64,000 bases of DNA from a virus: IMG/VR virus record IMGVR_UViG_3300048925_000129; one strand, given 5' to 3'. Position numbers and translations under genes: made by a program. The notes below the pieces were generated by a model, which was not told the origin of the DNA, did no database searches, and was given only the letters and a program-made list of their open reading frames with translations. Shown here one piece after another: positions 32,204 to 42,331 of this stretch (positions are counted from its first letter, which is position 1; each line of letters begins with the position of its first letter).

Positions 32204-34510
32204 ATGGCAATACACAAACCTTGGGACAGACCTTTCTTTGTATTAGGAGGTTCTGTTATGAAAAATGGTTTCTCGTTGAACCTTGCTGAAGGACAATTTG
32301 GTATTTTCGATGTGACAAAACAGACTCAAAGAGGTTCTGTAGCTGTTGAATCTTTCAAAGGGGGTCCTATTAACCAGTTTCCTAGAGGAGAAGCTTCATA
32401 CGAATTAAAATTAGGACACAACGGACCAGGAAGTATTCCAGGTGTAAGAAGTGTTTCTGACAAAAAATACAGTTCATTCCCATTCCATATTAAGGATGTA
32501 TTGGATGTAAGAGTTTCCGTACCAAAAAGAAAAGATCAATCTGTAGATGAGCTTATTATTGGATATAATGGTATAGATCCTACAACTTCAATTCAGCTTA
32601 TTCCTGGAGATGAGAAAGAGCTTTACGTTGAATTATCAGGTAAAGCTTTAGAATATATTGGTGCTCCAGAAGGAATTCTTGGATTAACAGTTCCATTATC
32701 AGCTCCAGCTTTATTACCAGATCAATGTTCTCCAGTTCAAGATCTTTGTGCTCCAGTTGATATGTTACCTATTATTTTAGGTGCTGTTGATTACATTAGA
32801 GATTATGATGTAATGGGAGTTCCATTTGAAACATTTGCAGATGTTACTCCAATTATTGAACTGTCTGGATTAACTAGAACAGGGACTACAACTTCAACGT
32901 TGTTTACATTACAAGTTTGTGATACTGGAGATGCTGGTGCATTAGCACTAGTTCAACAACAGTACGGAGATTTACAAGTAATTAGAGTATCTAGAAAAGG
33001 ACCTATTTCTACTTATCAAGTAGCTAAAACTGGTACTACAACTACTCCAGCTACAGCTCCAGCAGCATTTACTCAAACTATTCCTTCAATTATGAAAGGA
33101 TGTGAGAGTTGTCCAGCAGGATATACTGAGCTTCCAGGAGGACTTTTATATGCAGTTGCATTAGAAGATGATGGCGTAGATAAAACATCTGTTATTCAGG
33201 CTTTACCAGGAGCAGTTGCAGGTACAGCTAAAAAAGCTGATGGACAAGAATTCGGTGTAGGTTTCTATACTGTTGTAACTGACAATGCATTAACTGATGC
33301 AGAGATCACTACTTTCATGACTGCAAACCCTACAGCAATTGTAGAATTTGTAAATGATATTCTTCCAATCTGTGAAAATGGAACTGTAACAACAGCAACA
33401 TGGGCTACAGGATCAACAGTAACAGCATCTACTCAATCATATACTATTGATTTACCAGATAATGAGTGTGGTCAATCAAGACTTGCAGAACTACAAGTTG
33501 CTTTTCCTAATTTAGTTATCACATTAGCTGATTCAACTAAATCAACCAGAACAGTTACCTTAACAGGGACAAGTGGAACAGCTAATATTGTGGTTGGTGG
33601 AGTAAACTACTTAGCTACTTTTGCAACTAATTTAACTACTACAGCTAACAACTTTGTATCTACACATGGTGCAGCAATTAATACAGCCACAGGAGCTACA
33701 GTAACAGCATCTAACGGTGTAATTACATTTACTGATACTACAGTAGGTTTTCCAACTTTAAGTGTTGCTAACGTAACTACAAACTTAGCAGGAACTGTAG
33801 GAACTATTACTGCTATTCCAGTTACAGGAGGATGTCAAAGAAGATATAGAACAGTTGTTCCAACTAATTTCTTGGGAACTGAATGTTCAGAAATTTTTGT
33901 GGACTTATACAGAAGTGAAGCTCCAGCTTCATTTGATGGTCATAAATGGAAAGAGGATTTCACTCAAGTTAGTGGAGTTGGAGGGTTCTACGGAATCAGA
34001 CTAAAAGGTAAGAAGTTCAAGCTTGCTTCTGGAGAATGTCTTAGAGATATGATTGGATACACTGAAGATTCAGTTAAGATCCAAGCTTCAGGAGGTTACA
34101 TTAGAGATTTTAATCTAGGTGTTAACTTTGCAAGAAATATTAAGGATACTCCTTTCAATGTAGAATATCTAACTCAATGGAAACCAAGAACTCACGTTCT
34201 AGGTAACATGTTAGACGAAGAAAAAGTATCAAGAGCATTCTTCTCAGGTATGCATATTGACTACAACTACATGGGTAGAATTCTTACTGGGAATGAATCT
34301 AACATACTTGACTTAGATGCACAGTTTGTAGATTATGCAATCACCATTAGAAGAAGAAACTTCAGTCAAGGACTTTCATCTGTTAAGGATGAATACATCG
34401 ACTACCATATTAACGTAGAGTTAGGTAGACACCAAGATGTAGAAGACCTTGTTAATGCTTTAGCTGCTGGTGCAGGACTTCCAGGTGTACAAGCTTTTGG
34501 AAATGCATAA
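32204..34510 (+). CDS. Abundant structural protein (auxiliary capsid-like) with Thr-rich insertion
   Basis: 768 aa, same upstream AAACAACAAACAATTAATA motif as MCP, terminator after. Confidence 0.65.
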   Translation: MAIHKPWDRPFFVLGGSVMKNGFSLNLAEGQFGIFDVTKQTQRGSVAVESFKGGPINQFPRGEASYELKLGHNGPGSIPGVRSVSDKKYSSFPFHIKDVLDVRVSVPKRKDQSVDELIIGYNGIDPTTSIQLIPGDEKELYVELSGKALEYIGAPEGILGLTVPLSAPALLPDQCSPVQDLCAPVDMLPIILGAVDYIRDYDVMGVPFETFADVTPIIELSGLTRTGTTTSTLFTLQVCDTGDAGALALVQQQYGDLQVIRVSRKGPISTYQVAKTGTTTTPATAPAAFTQTIPSIMKGCESCPAGYTELPGGLLYAVALEDDGVDKTSVIQALPGAVAGTAKKADGQEFGVGFYTVVTDNALTDAEITTFMTANPTAIVEFVNDILPICENGTVTTATWATGSTVTASTQSYTIDLPDNECGQSRLAELQVAFPNLVITLADSTKSTRTVTLTGTSGTANIVVGGVNYLATFATNLTTTANNFVSTHGAAINTATGATVTASNGVITFTDTTVGFPTLSVANVTTNLAGTVGTITAIPVTGGCQRRYRTVVPTNFLGTECSEIFVDLYRSEAPASFDGHKWKEDFTQVSGVGGFYGIRLKGKKFKLASGECLRDMIGYTEDSVKIQASGGYIRDFNLGVNFARNIKDTPFNVEYLTQWKPRTHVLGNMLDEEKVSRAFFSGMHIDYNYMGRILTGNESNILDLDAQFVDYAITIRRRNFSQGLSSVKDEYIDYHINVELGRHQDVEDLVNALAAGAGLPGVQAFGNA

Positions 34511-34539
34511 TAAAATAAGTTTAAAAACACTTTAAATAT

Positions 34540-34574
34540 AAAGGGGAGGGTTAATTCAAACCTTCCCTTTTTTT
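34540..34574 (+). terminator. Intrinsic terminator
   Basis: AAGGGGAGG/CCTTCCCTT plus T-tract. Confidence 0.75.
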
Positions 34575-34587
34575 AATCCCATAGTAT

Positions 34588-35127
34588 ATGTCACAAATAA
34601 ATATAGATTTTCAGGTACTTACCAATTACAATCCAAAATATTTAGTTGTTGTTGACACATCTGATTGGCAAAATATAAAAGGAAAACCCTCTATTATAGA
34701 GATTACTCTTCCAGGATTTAGTGATCCTATTGTACACTACTTCTCTCAGGGGCAAGTTAATGTATTTAACTCAGTTAACTTAGGATTAAACTGTAAAGAG
34801 TGTGGTATAAAGGAACAGGATTTTAATGATCTTCCTGATGGTATATACCAAATAACTGTTAAAGGATCTCCTTCAAACTTTCAGAACACAAGATACTTCT
34901 TAAAGAATGATAGTCTTAGATTAAAGCTAGATATGGCTTTCATGAAATTCAATTTAGGTTGTAATGAATTCGATAAAACATTACTGGAAAAACTTCAAAA
35001 GATTGACTTCCTAATAAAGGCAGCAGAATCTAATGTAAGATTAGGACATCAATGTGAAGCTCAAGAACTAATGTTTAGAGCAGAAAAAGAAATCAACAAA
35101 TTAAAAAATTGTAAATCATGTGTTTAG
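34588..35127 (+). CDS. Virion structural protein (tail hub-like candidate)
   Basis: LPDGIYQIT motif, structural module. Confidence 0.55.
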   Translation: MSQINIDFQVLTNYNPKYLVVVDTSDWQNIKGKPSIIEITLPGFSDPIVHYFSQGQVNVFNSVNLGLNCKECGIKEQDFNDLPDGIYQITVKGSPSNFQNTRYFLKNDSLRLKLDMAFMKFNLGCNEFDKTLLEKLQKIDFLIKAAESNVRLGHQCEAQELMFRAEKEINKLKNCKSCV

Positions 35128-35381
35128 CCTGTCAGAAATCAACAGCATCTACACCTATGAGAAAGAAATCCGAATGTGGATATCTTTTTACCGAATTAAC
35201 TAATTTGGATCTACAGGTTTTAGATTTGTATAAAATTAATAAAGATGCAAATCTATTAGGAGTTAATAAAACTTTAAGATCTTGGATCACGGCCTTAAAT
35301 AGGGAGTGTCCTCCAAGTGATGAATTAAACGTAGTTAGAGAATTTATAAGAAATGAGTACCCAAAGTATTTTCCAGAATGA
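35118..35381 (+). CDS. Hypothetical Cys-containing protein
   Basis: Coupled ORF. Confidence 0.65.
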   Translation: MCLACQKSTASTPMRKKSECGYLFTELTNLDLQVLDLYKINKDANLLGVNKTLRSWITALNRECPPSDELNVVREFIRNEYPKYFPE

Positions 35382-35604
35382 TTTAGAAGACGTTAAGTCT
35401 AGATTAGATGAGCACTTTGCTTGTCTATCCAACAAGATGTTGCTGGAATCTAAGTTTGGATTCAAATTCTCTATGACTTCTACAGATACATTTTTATTTA
35501 ATTATTTATATGAGCTTATCAATAAGGACACCAATTGCTACTTGATTTTAAACGATGAGTGCACCTTAGAGAAAGTAAACAAATTACTACTAAAATATAA
35601 ATAA
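35353..35604 (+). CDS. Hypothetical protein
   Basis: Coupled ORF. Confidence 0.65.
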   Translation: MSTQSIFQNDLEDVKSRLDEHFACLSNKMLLESKFGFKFSMTSTDTFLFNYLYELINKDTNCYLILNDECTLEKVNKLLLKYK

Positions 35605-36053
35605 TGAATTGTAATAAAAAAATTAAATACACATGTGGGAACAAAGTTCCTTCAACTTGTGTTTTTTATAGCTTAGAAGAGACTATTCCAGAGTTTTCTA
35701 ACTTGAATGGAGAGTCTTGTATAGTGATTGAAGAAACAACACATGACCTTTATGAACTCATTAAGTCGATTAAACTTTCAATTGATTTAGATGATTTTGA
35801 TAAAGGGTGTTTAAACATAGATAAAGTAAAAGATCCTTATGATAAAAAAGATAAATATCTTATAAAGGATATTCTTACTGCATTAAAAGATAAAGCATGT
35901 GCTGACTCTTCAAATGGTTCTGATCAGCAGAACATAGAATGGATTTTAAATAATCTAGATTATAAGTGTTTAGTATTACCTTGTAACGCTAAACCTAAAA
36001 ATCTTTTCCAATTCTTTCAACTTTTAATTGATAAAATTTGTTCAAATGGCTAA
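35604..36053 (+). CDS. Cys-rich structural protein candidate
   Basis: CVFY...C...CL...LIDKIC pattern. Confidence 0.6.
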   Translation: MNCNKKIKYTCGNKVPSTCVFYSLEETIPEFSNLNGESCIVIEETTHDLYELIKSIKLSIDLDDFDKGCLNIDKVKDPYDKKDKYLIKDILTALKDKACADSSNGSDQQNIEWILNNLDYKCLVLPCNAKPKNLFQFFQLLIDKICSNG

Positions 36054-36321
36054 GAGAATATGTGGACAGGTAAACATACCTGAAGTAGATGAGACTTTAA
36101 GTAATTGTGATATTTTTCTTAATACTGAATGTATTATGGTCACTTACAAATCAAGTTTTGTTAAAAATAAAGTTGGAGGCAGCTTAAATGATTACTTAAA
36201 GCTATTGGATGATAGATTAAACAAAATGAACAACCAAATATTTCAACTAACAAAGACCGTTGAAATTTTACAACAAGGTATGACTCTTCCAGATGGAATT
36301 GGAGTTTTTCCAACAACTTAA
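36046..36321 (+). CDS. Small coiled-coil structural protein (start revised to MAKRICG)
   Basis: Overlaps the upstream stop; C-terminal heptads. Confidence 0.6.
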   Translation: MAKRICGQVNIPEVDETLSNCDIFLNTECIMVTYKSSFVKNKVGGSLNDYLKLLDDRLNKMNNQIFQLTKTVEILQQGMTLPDGIGVFPTT

Positions 36322-36330
36322 AGAATAAGA

Positions 36331-37755
36331 ATGAATAATTATAAAAAACCTTGTGGATGCAAGGATAAAAAAGTTCCATGTGGTTGTGAGGAACCACTGA
36401 TTTGTGGGTGTTCAAATAAATATGATTTACTTTGTTCTTTCTATAGTGGTAATCCATTAAATCCAATTGGTATTGAGCCAGGGATGGATGGAAACACTGT
36501 TGTTAGAATGATAGTTGAGTATATTGATTCTGAGATATCTCAAATACAAATGGACCCAACAGTAATAGAAAGTATTGGAGGTAAAATTCCTATATATAAG
36601 GGTTTATCCGATGGATTTATTCATCAAATTAAATCTATTCAAGGACAACCCAATGGAGGAGTTATTGTTGAGAATGCACAAGCCACTCCAAATGATTGTA
36701 ATGAAAAGGGGGATTATATTAATGTTAAAATAGATGAAACTTGGTTAACTAATTTCCTTAATCAGTGGATATTAACTATTGACTTGTGTCCTTTAGTAGC
36801 TAATTGTGGACAAGAAATACAAAACCCAACAGTTACAAATATTCCTATATCATTAGCTAACAGAGGTACAAAGACCTTTACATTATCAGACTTTACATCA
36901 CATTATGTTGACCCTCAGGGAGACCCATTAACATCAATTAGATTAATTGGTAATATAACAGGATATAAATTAAACGGAGTAGCTTATGTATCCAATACTG
37001 AAGTTACAGCAGCTAATTTAGCATCAGGGGCACTAACATATACTGGAGAAAATATAGACTCATTATATACTTATGATACTCCATACCAAGCTAAAGATTC
37101 TCAAAATAATTGGTCAAACATAGCTGATATTATAATAACAGTAGCTGCTAAACAATTTTTATCCTTTAGTACTCCTACTCTGTCTCTTATAAGAGAAGTA
37201 TCTAATACAAAAACATCTAGTATAGCATTTAGTAATGGTAATGGTCAGATTATGCCAAATGGATATATATTCGTATCTCAAGGTACTTCGGGACAGCCAG
37301 GATATTTAAGAATAACTTCAACTTCGCAAGTAACTTTAAATGGTACAGGTAATATTCCTATTCAAGTAGTATCAATACCAACCTCTACACAATCAAATCA
37401 AACTGTTAATTACGTTTTTGATGGTTCTAATGGAAGCATTAATTTAATATATAACTCAAATCCTGTAACGCAAGATATTGTAATTAATATACCTAATAGA
37501 GGAGAACATGTATTTACTTCACAAGAATTCCTTAATGCTTACTTTGATTACGATGGGGATTCCCTTACTGAATTCAGAGCAATGGTTCCTGTAGCAGGAA
37601 TGAAATTAAATGGACTTGATTATATTGCAGGTACTTGGATTCCTATTAATAATGCTACTCAATTATCATTTACTGGGGCTAATCAAAATGCAGCATACCA
37701 ACAAATAACTCCTTGGCAAGCCAAAGATTCTCAAGGTAATATTTCATCACTTTAA
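36331..37755 (+). CDS. Fibre-like protein: Cys-rich N-terminus plus two cadherin/Ig-like repeats
   Basis: Repeated NRG...F...Y.D..GD.L...AKDSQ.N.S units. Confidence 0.65.
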   Translation: MNNYKKPCGCKDKKVPCGCEEPLICGCSNKYDLLCSFYSGNPLNPIGIEPGMDGNTVVRMIVEYIDSEISQIQMDPTVIESIGGKIPIYKGLSDGFIHQIKSIQGQPNGGVIVENAQATPNDCNEKGDYINVKIDETWLTNFLNQWILTIDLCPLVANCGQEIQNPTVTNIPISLANRGTKTFTLSDFTSHYVDPQGDPLTSIRLIGNITGYKLNGVAYVSNTEVTAANLASGALTYTGENIDSLYTYDTPYQAKDSQNNWSNIADIIITVAAKQFLSFSTPTLSLIREVSNTKTSSIAFSNGNGQIMPNGYIFVSQGTSGQPGYLRITSTSQVTLNGTGNIPIQVVSIPTSTQSNQTVNYVFDGSNGSINLIYNSNPVTQDIVINIPNRGEHVFTSQEFLNAYFDYDGDSLTEFRAMVPVAGMKLNGLDYIAGTWIPINNATQLSFTGANQNAAYQQITPWQAKDSQGNISSL

Positions 37756-37766
37756 TATATTAAATA

Positions 37767-38198
37767 ATGATAGAATATAAGAATTTTAAATGGGCTGAAA
37801 TTATCGAAGATGAATCTCAGATAACTAAAACTAGTGCCTTATATATGATCCCTGTCGATAATACTACATTTAGAATAGTAGTAGCAGACGAGGATGGAAA
37901 TAGAAGAACAATATTTAGTACTGGACAACCAGGAGAAAATGCAACAATAGAAATTGGAAGTGTAGAAAAATTACCACCAGATGGGTTTCCTACAGTAAAT
38001 AATATAGGAACAGATACTCATGCTATTTTAGAGTTTGGAATACCCCAAGGAGGAAAGGGTGACCCAGGAGAGGCAGGAGATATATCTGCAATAAATTTTG
38101 AAGTAAACGATGATATGCATTTAATAATGCAATTAGAAACAAATACAAATTTAGATTTCATTTTAGATAGTGACGGACATTTAATATTGACAAATTAA
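37767..38198 (+). CDS. Short tail-fibre adaptor with collagen-like linker
   Basis: FGIPQGGKGDPGEAG; C-terminus shared with 40086-40391. Confidence 0.6.
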   Translation: MIEYKNFKWAEIIEDESQITKTSALYMIPVDNTTFRIVVADEDGNRRTIFSTGQPGENATIEIGSVEKLPPDGFPTVNNIGTDTHAILEFGIPQGGKGDPGEAGDISAINFEVNDDMHLIMQLETNTNLDFILDSDGHLILTN

Positions 38199-38199
38199 T

Positions 38200-40047
38200 A
38201 TGGCAATAGACTTAGGTAAAATAGCTATGACATTAGAAGGATCTTATGATAGTTCTATAACATATAATAAATTAGACACTGTTACATTTAATGGTAGCTC
38301 ATATACATCTAGTGTAGATAACAATAATGCACCTATAACAGATACAACAAGTTGGCAATTAATTGCTAAGAAAGGTCAAGATGGTAATGATGGTATCCCT
38401 GGTCCTATTGGTGAGAAAGGAGATAAGGGGGAAGACGGAATAGATGGTATCAATGGTACTAATGCTCAATCTTTTAACTATAAAGGAGAAGTAGTAAATT
38501 ATGCAGGGTTACCTGCAACAGGTAACATTATTAATGATGCTTATTTTAATAGAGCAGATAATTTGTGGTACATATATAATGGTACTAGTTTTCCTTCTAA
38601 TGGACAAGGATTACCTGTAGGTGTATTGAGTTTAACTACTACATTTGATAAAACAAATACAACTAAAGCAGAAAGTGGTAAAAATATTTATGATGCCTCA
38701 GAAGATTTAGTTAAAAAAGCACTAGAAAGTCCAGGAAGTGTTTATGCAAAATATGGATGGGATACAAATTATGTAGGAATAGCTGGTACTACTACAATGG
38801 TTTGTAATATGGCTTATTTAACAGGGTCTGCTACTATAGGTAGAGTAACTATTAATGCACCAGTATCTGGTAATTTTGAAATATATAAAGTTAATGGTGG
38901 TGTAACTCCTACTATAGGTAATGCTTTAACTAAAACTTATATAACTACAGTAGCTTTGACAGTAGGTATTAATGTAATAGATACTTCAATTCCTGGAGTA
39001 GCAGGAGATATGATTGCAATTAAAAACCTATCAGGATCTATTGGTTATACAGATGGAGGAACTCATCAATATTTTGATGCTTCACCAGCTACTATATTAA
39101 ATATAAATTCAGGTTATATTGCTTATTATTTTGAAACATCTGTTCAAGGATCAGTACAATATCCTTTAGATAATTTAAAAAAAGTAGTCACAATAAGTAC
39201 TACTGATTTTGATAAGATATTAGAGGGTTCAGATACAAGTTCATCAATACATTCAAGAATTACAATAGAAGGACAATCTAATGCTTTAGGTGTTGGTTTT
39301 GCTTCTGGGTTAACAGTACCTCCTTATAATACATCTTTATTTGATTGGACACTTGAGTTCTCAAGAGTTTTTATTTGGAATCCTAAAACAGATAAGTATG
39401 AAAATATACAAATAGGAGTTAATAATATGGCCTCTTGGGATTCATATTATACTATAGGTGCTCCTACACCTCAATCAACATTTGGTCCAGAAATAGGAGT
39501 TGCTTTAATTTGGTTACAAACACATAAATCAGGAAATCTATATATTGATAAGAATGTTGGCGATGGAAGACCTATCTCTTACTTTCAAAAAGGTACAGCT
39601 TATTATACTGAAAAAATAAATAGGAAAACAAAAGCTGATCTATGGTTAAAGGACAGAGGATTTTCTGTATCAGAAGTAGGATTTATATGGGTTCAAGGAG
39701 AAGCAGATATGTCTCAAACAGATACATATTATAAATCTCAGTTAGATATGTTAATTAATGATAGATTAACTGATGGTTTTATTGATTCTAAGACTAAATT
39801 AATTATTACTCAAATTCCAGTTGGATCAGGGAATTATGGAGCAGGTGTATTTAATGCAAAAAGTCAATTTGTAGCATCTAATAAAAATTCAATATTAGTA
39901 CCATATACAAATAATTTTAATGGGGATAATATACATTTGAATACTACAGGTCAAATTAATTTAGGGATGTTATCAGCTATTAAAATATTACCTTCTGATA
40001 ATTTAAACTATACAGATTTAGAAACCAAAATATATTGGAACAAATAA
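38200..40047 (+). CDS. Tail fibre/spike with collagen repeats and C-terminal SGNH acetylesterase (SASA/CE6-like)
   Basis: Gly-X-Y repeats; GQSNA, FGPEIG, WVQGEAD, DNIH. Confidence 0.8.
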   Translation: MAIDLGKIAMTLEGSYDSSITYNKLDTVTFNGSSYTSSVDNNNAPITDTTSWQLIAKKGQDGNDGIPGPIGEKGDKGEDGIDGINGTNAQSFNYKGEVVNYAGLPATGNIINDAYFNRADNLWYIYNGTSFPSNGQGLPVGVLSLTTTFDKTNTTKAESGKNIYDASEDLVKKALESPGSVYAKYGWDTNYVGIAGTTTMVCNMAYLTGSATIGRVTINAPVSGNFEIYKVNGGVTPTIGNALTKTYITTVALTVGINVIDTSIPGVAGDMIAIKNLSGSIGYTDGGTHQYFDASPATILNINSGYIAYYFETSVQGSVQYPLDNLKKVVTISTTDFDKILEGSDTSSSIHSRITIEGQSNALGVGFASGLTVPPYNTSLFDWTLEFSRVFIWNPKTDKYENIQIGVNNMASWDSYYTIGAPTPQSTFGPEIGVALIWLQTHKSGNLYIDKNVGDGRPISYFQKGTAYYTEKINRKTKADLWLKDRGFSVSEVGFIWVQGEADMSQTDTYYKSQLDMLINDRLTDGFIDSKTKLIITQIPVGSGNYGAGVFNAKSQFVASNKNSILVPYTNNFNGDNIHLNTTGQINLGMLSAIKILPSDNLNYTDLETKIYWNK

Positions 40048-40085
40048 TAACATACAATAAAACTAATATTAATTAATTAATTAAA

Positions 40086-40391
40086 ATGTCAACAGATTTA
40101 GGGAAGATATCTATAACTTTAGAAGGGGAATATAATGCCTCTATAGTTTATTCTAAGTTAGATATGGTTACGTTTAATGGTAGTTCTTACACTTCTAAAA
40201 AAGATAATAATACAGCACCAATAACAGATGTAACAAGCTGGCAATTGAGTGCTCAAAAAGGCGATACAGGGAATGTATCTACTATATCATTTAACATAAA
40301 TAATGATATGGATTTAATAATGGAATTAAGTACAAACAGTAATTTAAATTTTGTTATTGATAGTACAGGACATTTAATATTAATAAATTAA
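40086..40391 (+). CDS. Short fibre adaptor (shared N- and C-terminal modules only)
   Basis: DLGKI...VTFNGSSY...WQL N-module plus DMDLIM...GHLIL C-module. Confidence 0.7.
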   Translation: MSTDLGKISITLEGEYNASIVYSKLDMVTFNGSSYTSKKDNNTAPITDVTSWQLSAQKGDTGNVSTISFNINNDMDLIMELSTNSNLNFVIDSTGHLILIN

Positions 40392-40392
40392 T

Positions 40393-42093
40393 ATGGCAAT
40401 AAATTTAGGAAAGGTCTCAGTAACTCCAAAAGGAGTATACGTAAGTAGTCAAGCATATGAAAGACTTGATATTGTGGTGTCAAATGGTTCATCATATATA
40501 TCTTTGAAAGATAATAATTTAAGCCCTTTGACAGACACTTTATCCTGGCAAATAAATGCAGCAAAAGGAGACCCAGGTGCTCCAGGTATAAAAGGGGATA
40601 CAGGATATAAAACAATAGATCCTTATCCACTTTTACCAACTGATCCAACACCAACGGTTGTAGGATGGTATAAGCCTCAACAATCATCTGTAACACCTGG
40701 TACTAATTATCCTAATGCAGGGAATTTAAAATCTATTGAAGGATATGATACACTATTTTATTATAGTGGTACAACGTGGGTAAAATCAGAAAGCAAATTA
40801 CCTCAAGTCTCTCAAAATATAATTAAGTTTCAAAATTTAACATTTCCTGCTGCATCAGGCACACAGGCAACTTATAATGATGCTGTATGGGAAGTTAATC
40901 AAGGTATGTCTGCCAGTTCTTCAGATATACCTAGTTTGACAAGTACGATTTGGAAATTAATAAGTAAAGATGAATATTTAAGGACAGTAGTAACAGCTAA
41001 CTCAGTTCCAGAAAATGCTTATACTGAATTTTATAACTCAGGAACAGCATTAAATGGTTTCTATAATGCTTCAGGGGTTTTCACATCTAATACAGATTAT
41101 AAATGTACTCCAAAAATTCCTGTTACAGCAGGAGAAATTTGGAGATACAGAGGTAAACCTTATGCAGGATTAAGTGTTAGAGGGGTATATGGATATAAGG
41201 CAGATAATTCTATAGTTATATTAGTTAATGTAGTTGATGCTAATGCAGCATATGTAGAGTTCACAATCCCTACTGATATAATTCAAATAGCAGCTAATTA
41301 TAATGTTCCAACTACACAATATTATAGTATACAAAAAAAGACTGTAAATTATGTTTTTGTATCGGTAGCCAAAGATTTACTTGGAAATGTTACAGATATA
41401 AATAATAATAATGTTTCTAGAGTAAAAACAGGATTATCAATTGCATCAGTAGGTGATAGTATTACAGCTAATGGAGCAGCAGGATCACCATTAAAAGGAT
41501 ATCAGTGGTATTTAAAAGATTTTTATGATTTTACAACATATACCTCATATGGGTATAGTGGTAGAGCATTATCTACATTTATAACTCCAGATACTAATAG
41601 TATTATTGAACAATTTATAAATAATGCGGTTTCTCATGATGTTTTTACACTATTAGCAGGTACAAATGACTTTAGGAATAATATGAGAAACGGGGAAATA
41701 GGTACTTTAAATGATTATAAAAATTTAACATCTTATGGTGCTGTAGGTAGTGTAACATCACTTAATTTTTATCAAGCACTAAAAGCTTTTGTTTTAAGAT
41801 GTTATGAATTAAATCCCAAAGCAAAAATTATATTCATTACCCCATTACAAAGAGATAATGCAGGTTATACATCATGGTCAGTAAATCCAGTAGGAAGAAC
41901 ATTATCTGATTTTGTAAATGCCATTAGAGAAGTAGCTGAATATGAAAGCATACCTTTAGTTGATTCATTTAAGAATGGAGTAATAAATATGAGAAATATA
42001 ACTCAATATACATCAGATGGATTACATCCAAATAATGAGGGGTATAAGATTTTGGCAAGAAGCATGCAACCAGCAATTAATAAATTTATTTAA
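40393..42093 (+). CDS. Tail fibre/spike with C-terminal SGNH/GDSL esterase
   Basis: GDSIT, GYSG, GTND, DGLHP blocks. Confidence 0.82.
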   Translation: MAINLGKVSVTPKGVYVSSQAYERLDIVVSNGSSYISLKDNNLSPLTDTLSWQINAAKGDPGAPGIKGDTGYKTIDPYPLLPTDPTPTVVGWYKPQQSSVTPGTNYPNAGNLKSIEGYDTLFYYSGTTWVKSESKLPQVSQNIIKFQNLTFPAASGTQATYNDAVWEVNQGMSASSSDIPSLTSTIWKLISKDEYLRTVVTANSVPENAYTEFYNSGTALNGFYNASGVFTSNTDYKCTPKIPVTAGEIWRYRGKPYAGLSVRGVYGYKADNSIVILVNVVDANAAYVEFTIPTDIIQIAANYNVPTTQYYSIQKKTVNYVFVSVAKDLLGNVTDINNNNVSRVKTGLSIASVGDSITANGAAGSPLKGYQWYLKDFYDFTTYTSYGYSGRALSTFITPDTNSIIEQFINNAVSHDVFTLLAGTNDFRNNMRNGEIGTLNDYKNLTSYGAVGSVTSLNFYQALKAFVLRCYELNPKAKIIFITPLQRDNAGYTSWSVNPVGRTLSDFVNAIREVAEYESIPLVDSFKNGVINMRNITQYTSDGLHPNNEGYKILARSMQPAINKFI

Positions 42094-42094
42094 A

Positions 42095-42328
42095 ATGGCA
42101 GCAGATTTAGGAAAAATAACTACAACATTGGAGGGAGACTTTAATCCCTCTAATGTGTATGAGAGATTAGATATAGTAACATTTGATGGGAGTTCTTACA
42201 TTTCAAAAATAGATAATAATAACTTTCCTTTAACAGACACAACTGCTTGGCAATTAAGTGCTAAAAAGGGAGATACAGGAGCTGATGGAACTTTTATTTT
42301 AGAGTATAATGATATTTTTGATATTTAA
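42095..42328 (+). CDS. Stand-alone fibre N-terminal module (start revised to MAADLGK)
   Basis: Fourth copy of the DLGKI...GSSY...WQL module. Confidence 0.7.
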   Translation: MAADLGKITTTLEGDFNPSNVYERLDIVTFDGSSYISKIDNNNFPLTDTTAWQLSAKKGDTGADGTFILEYNDIFDI

Positions 42329-42331
42329 TAT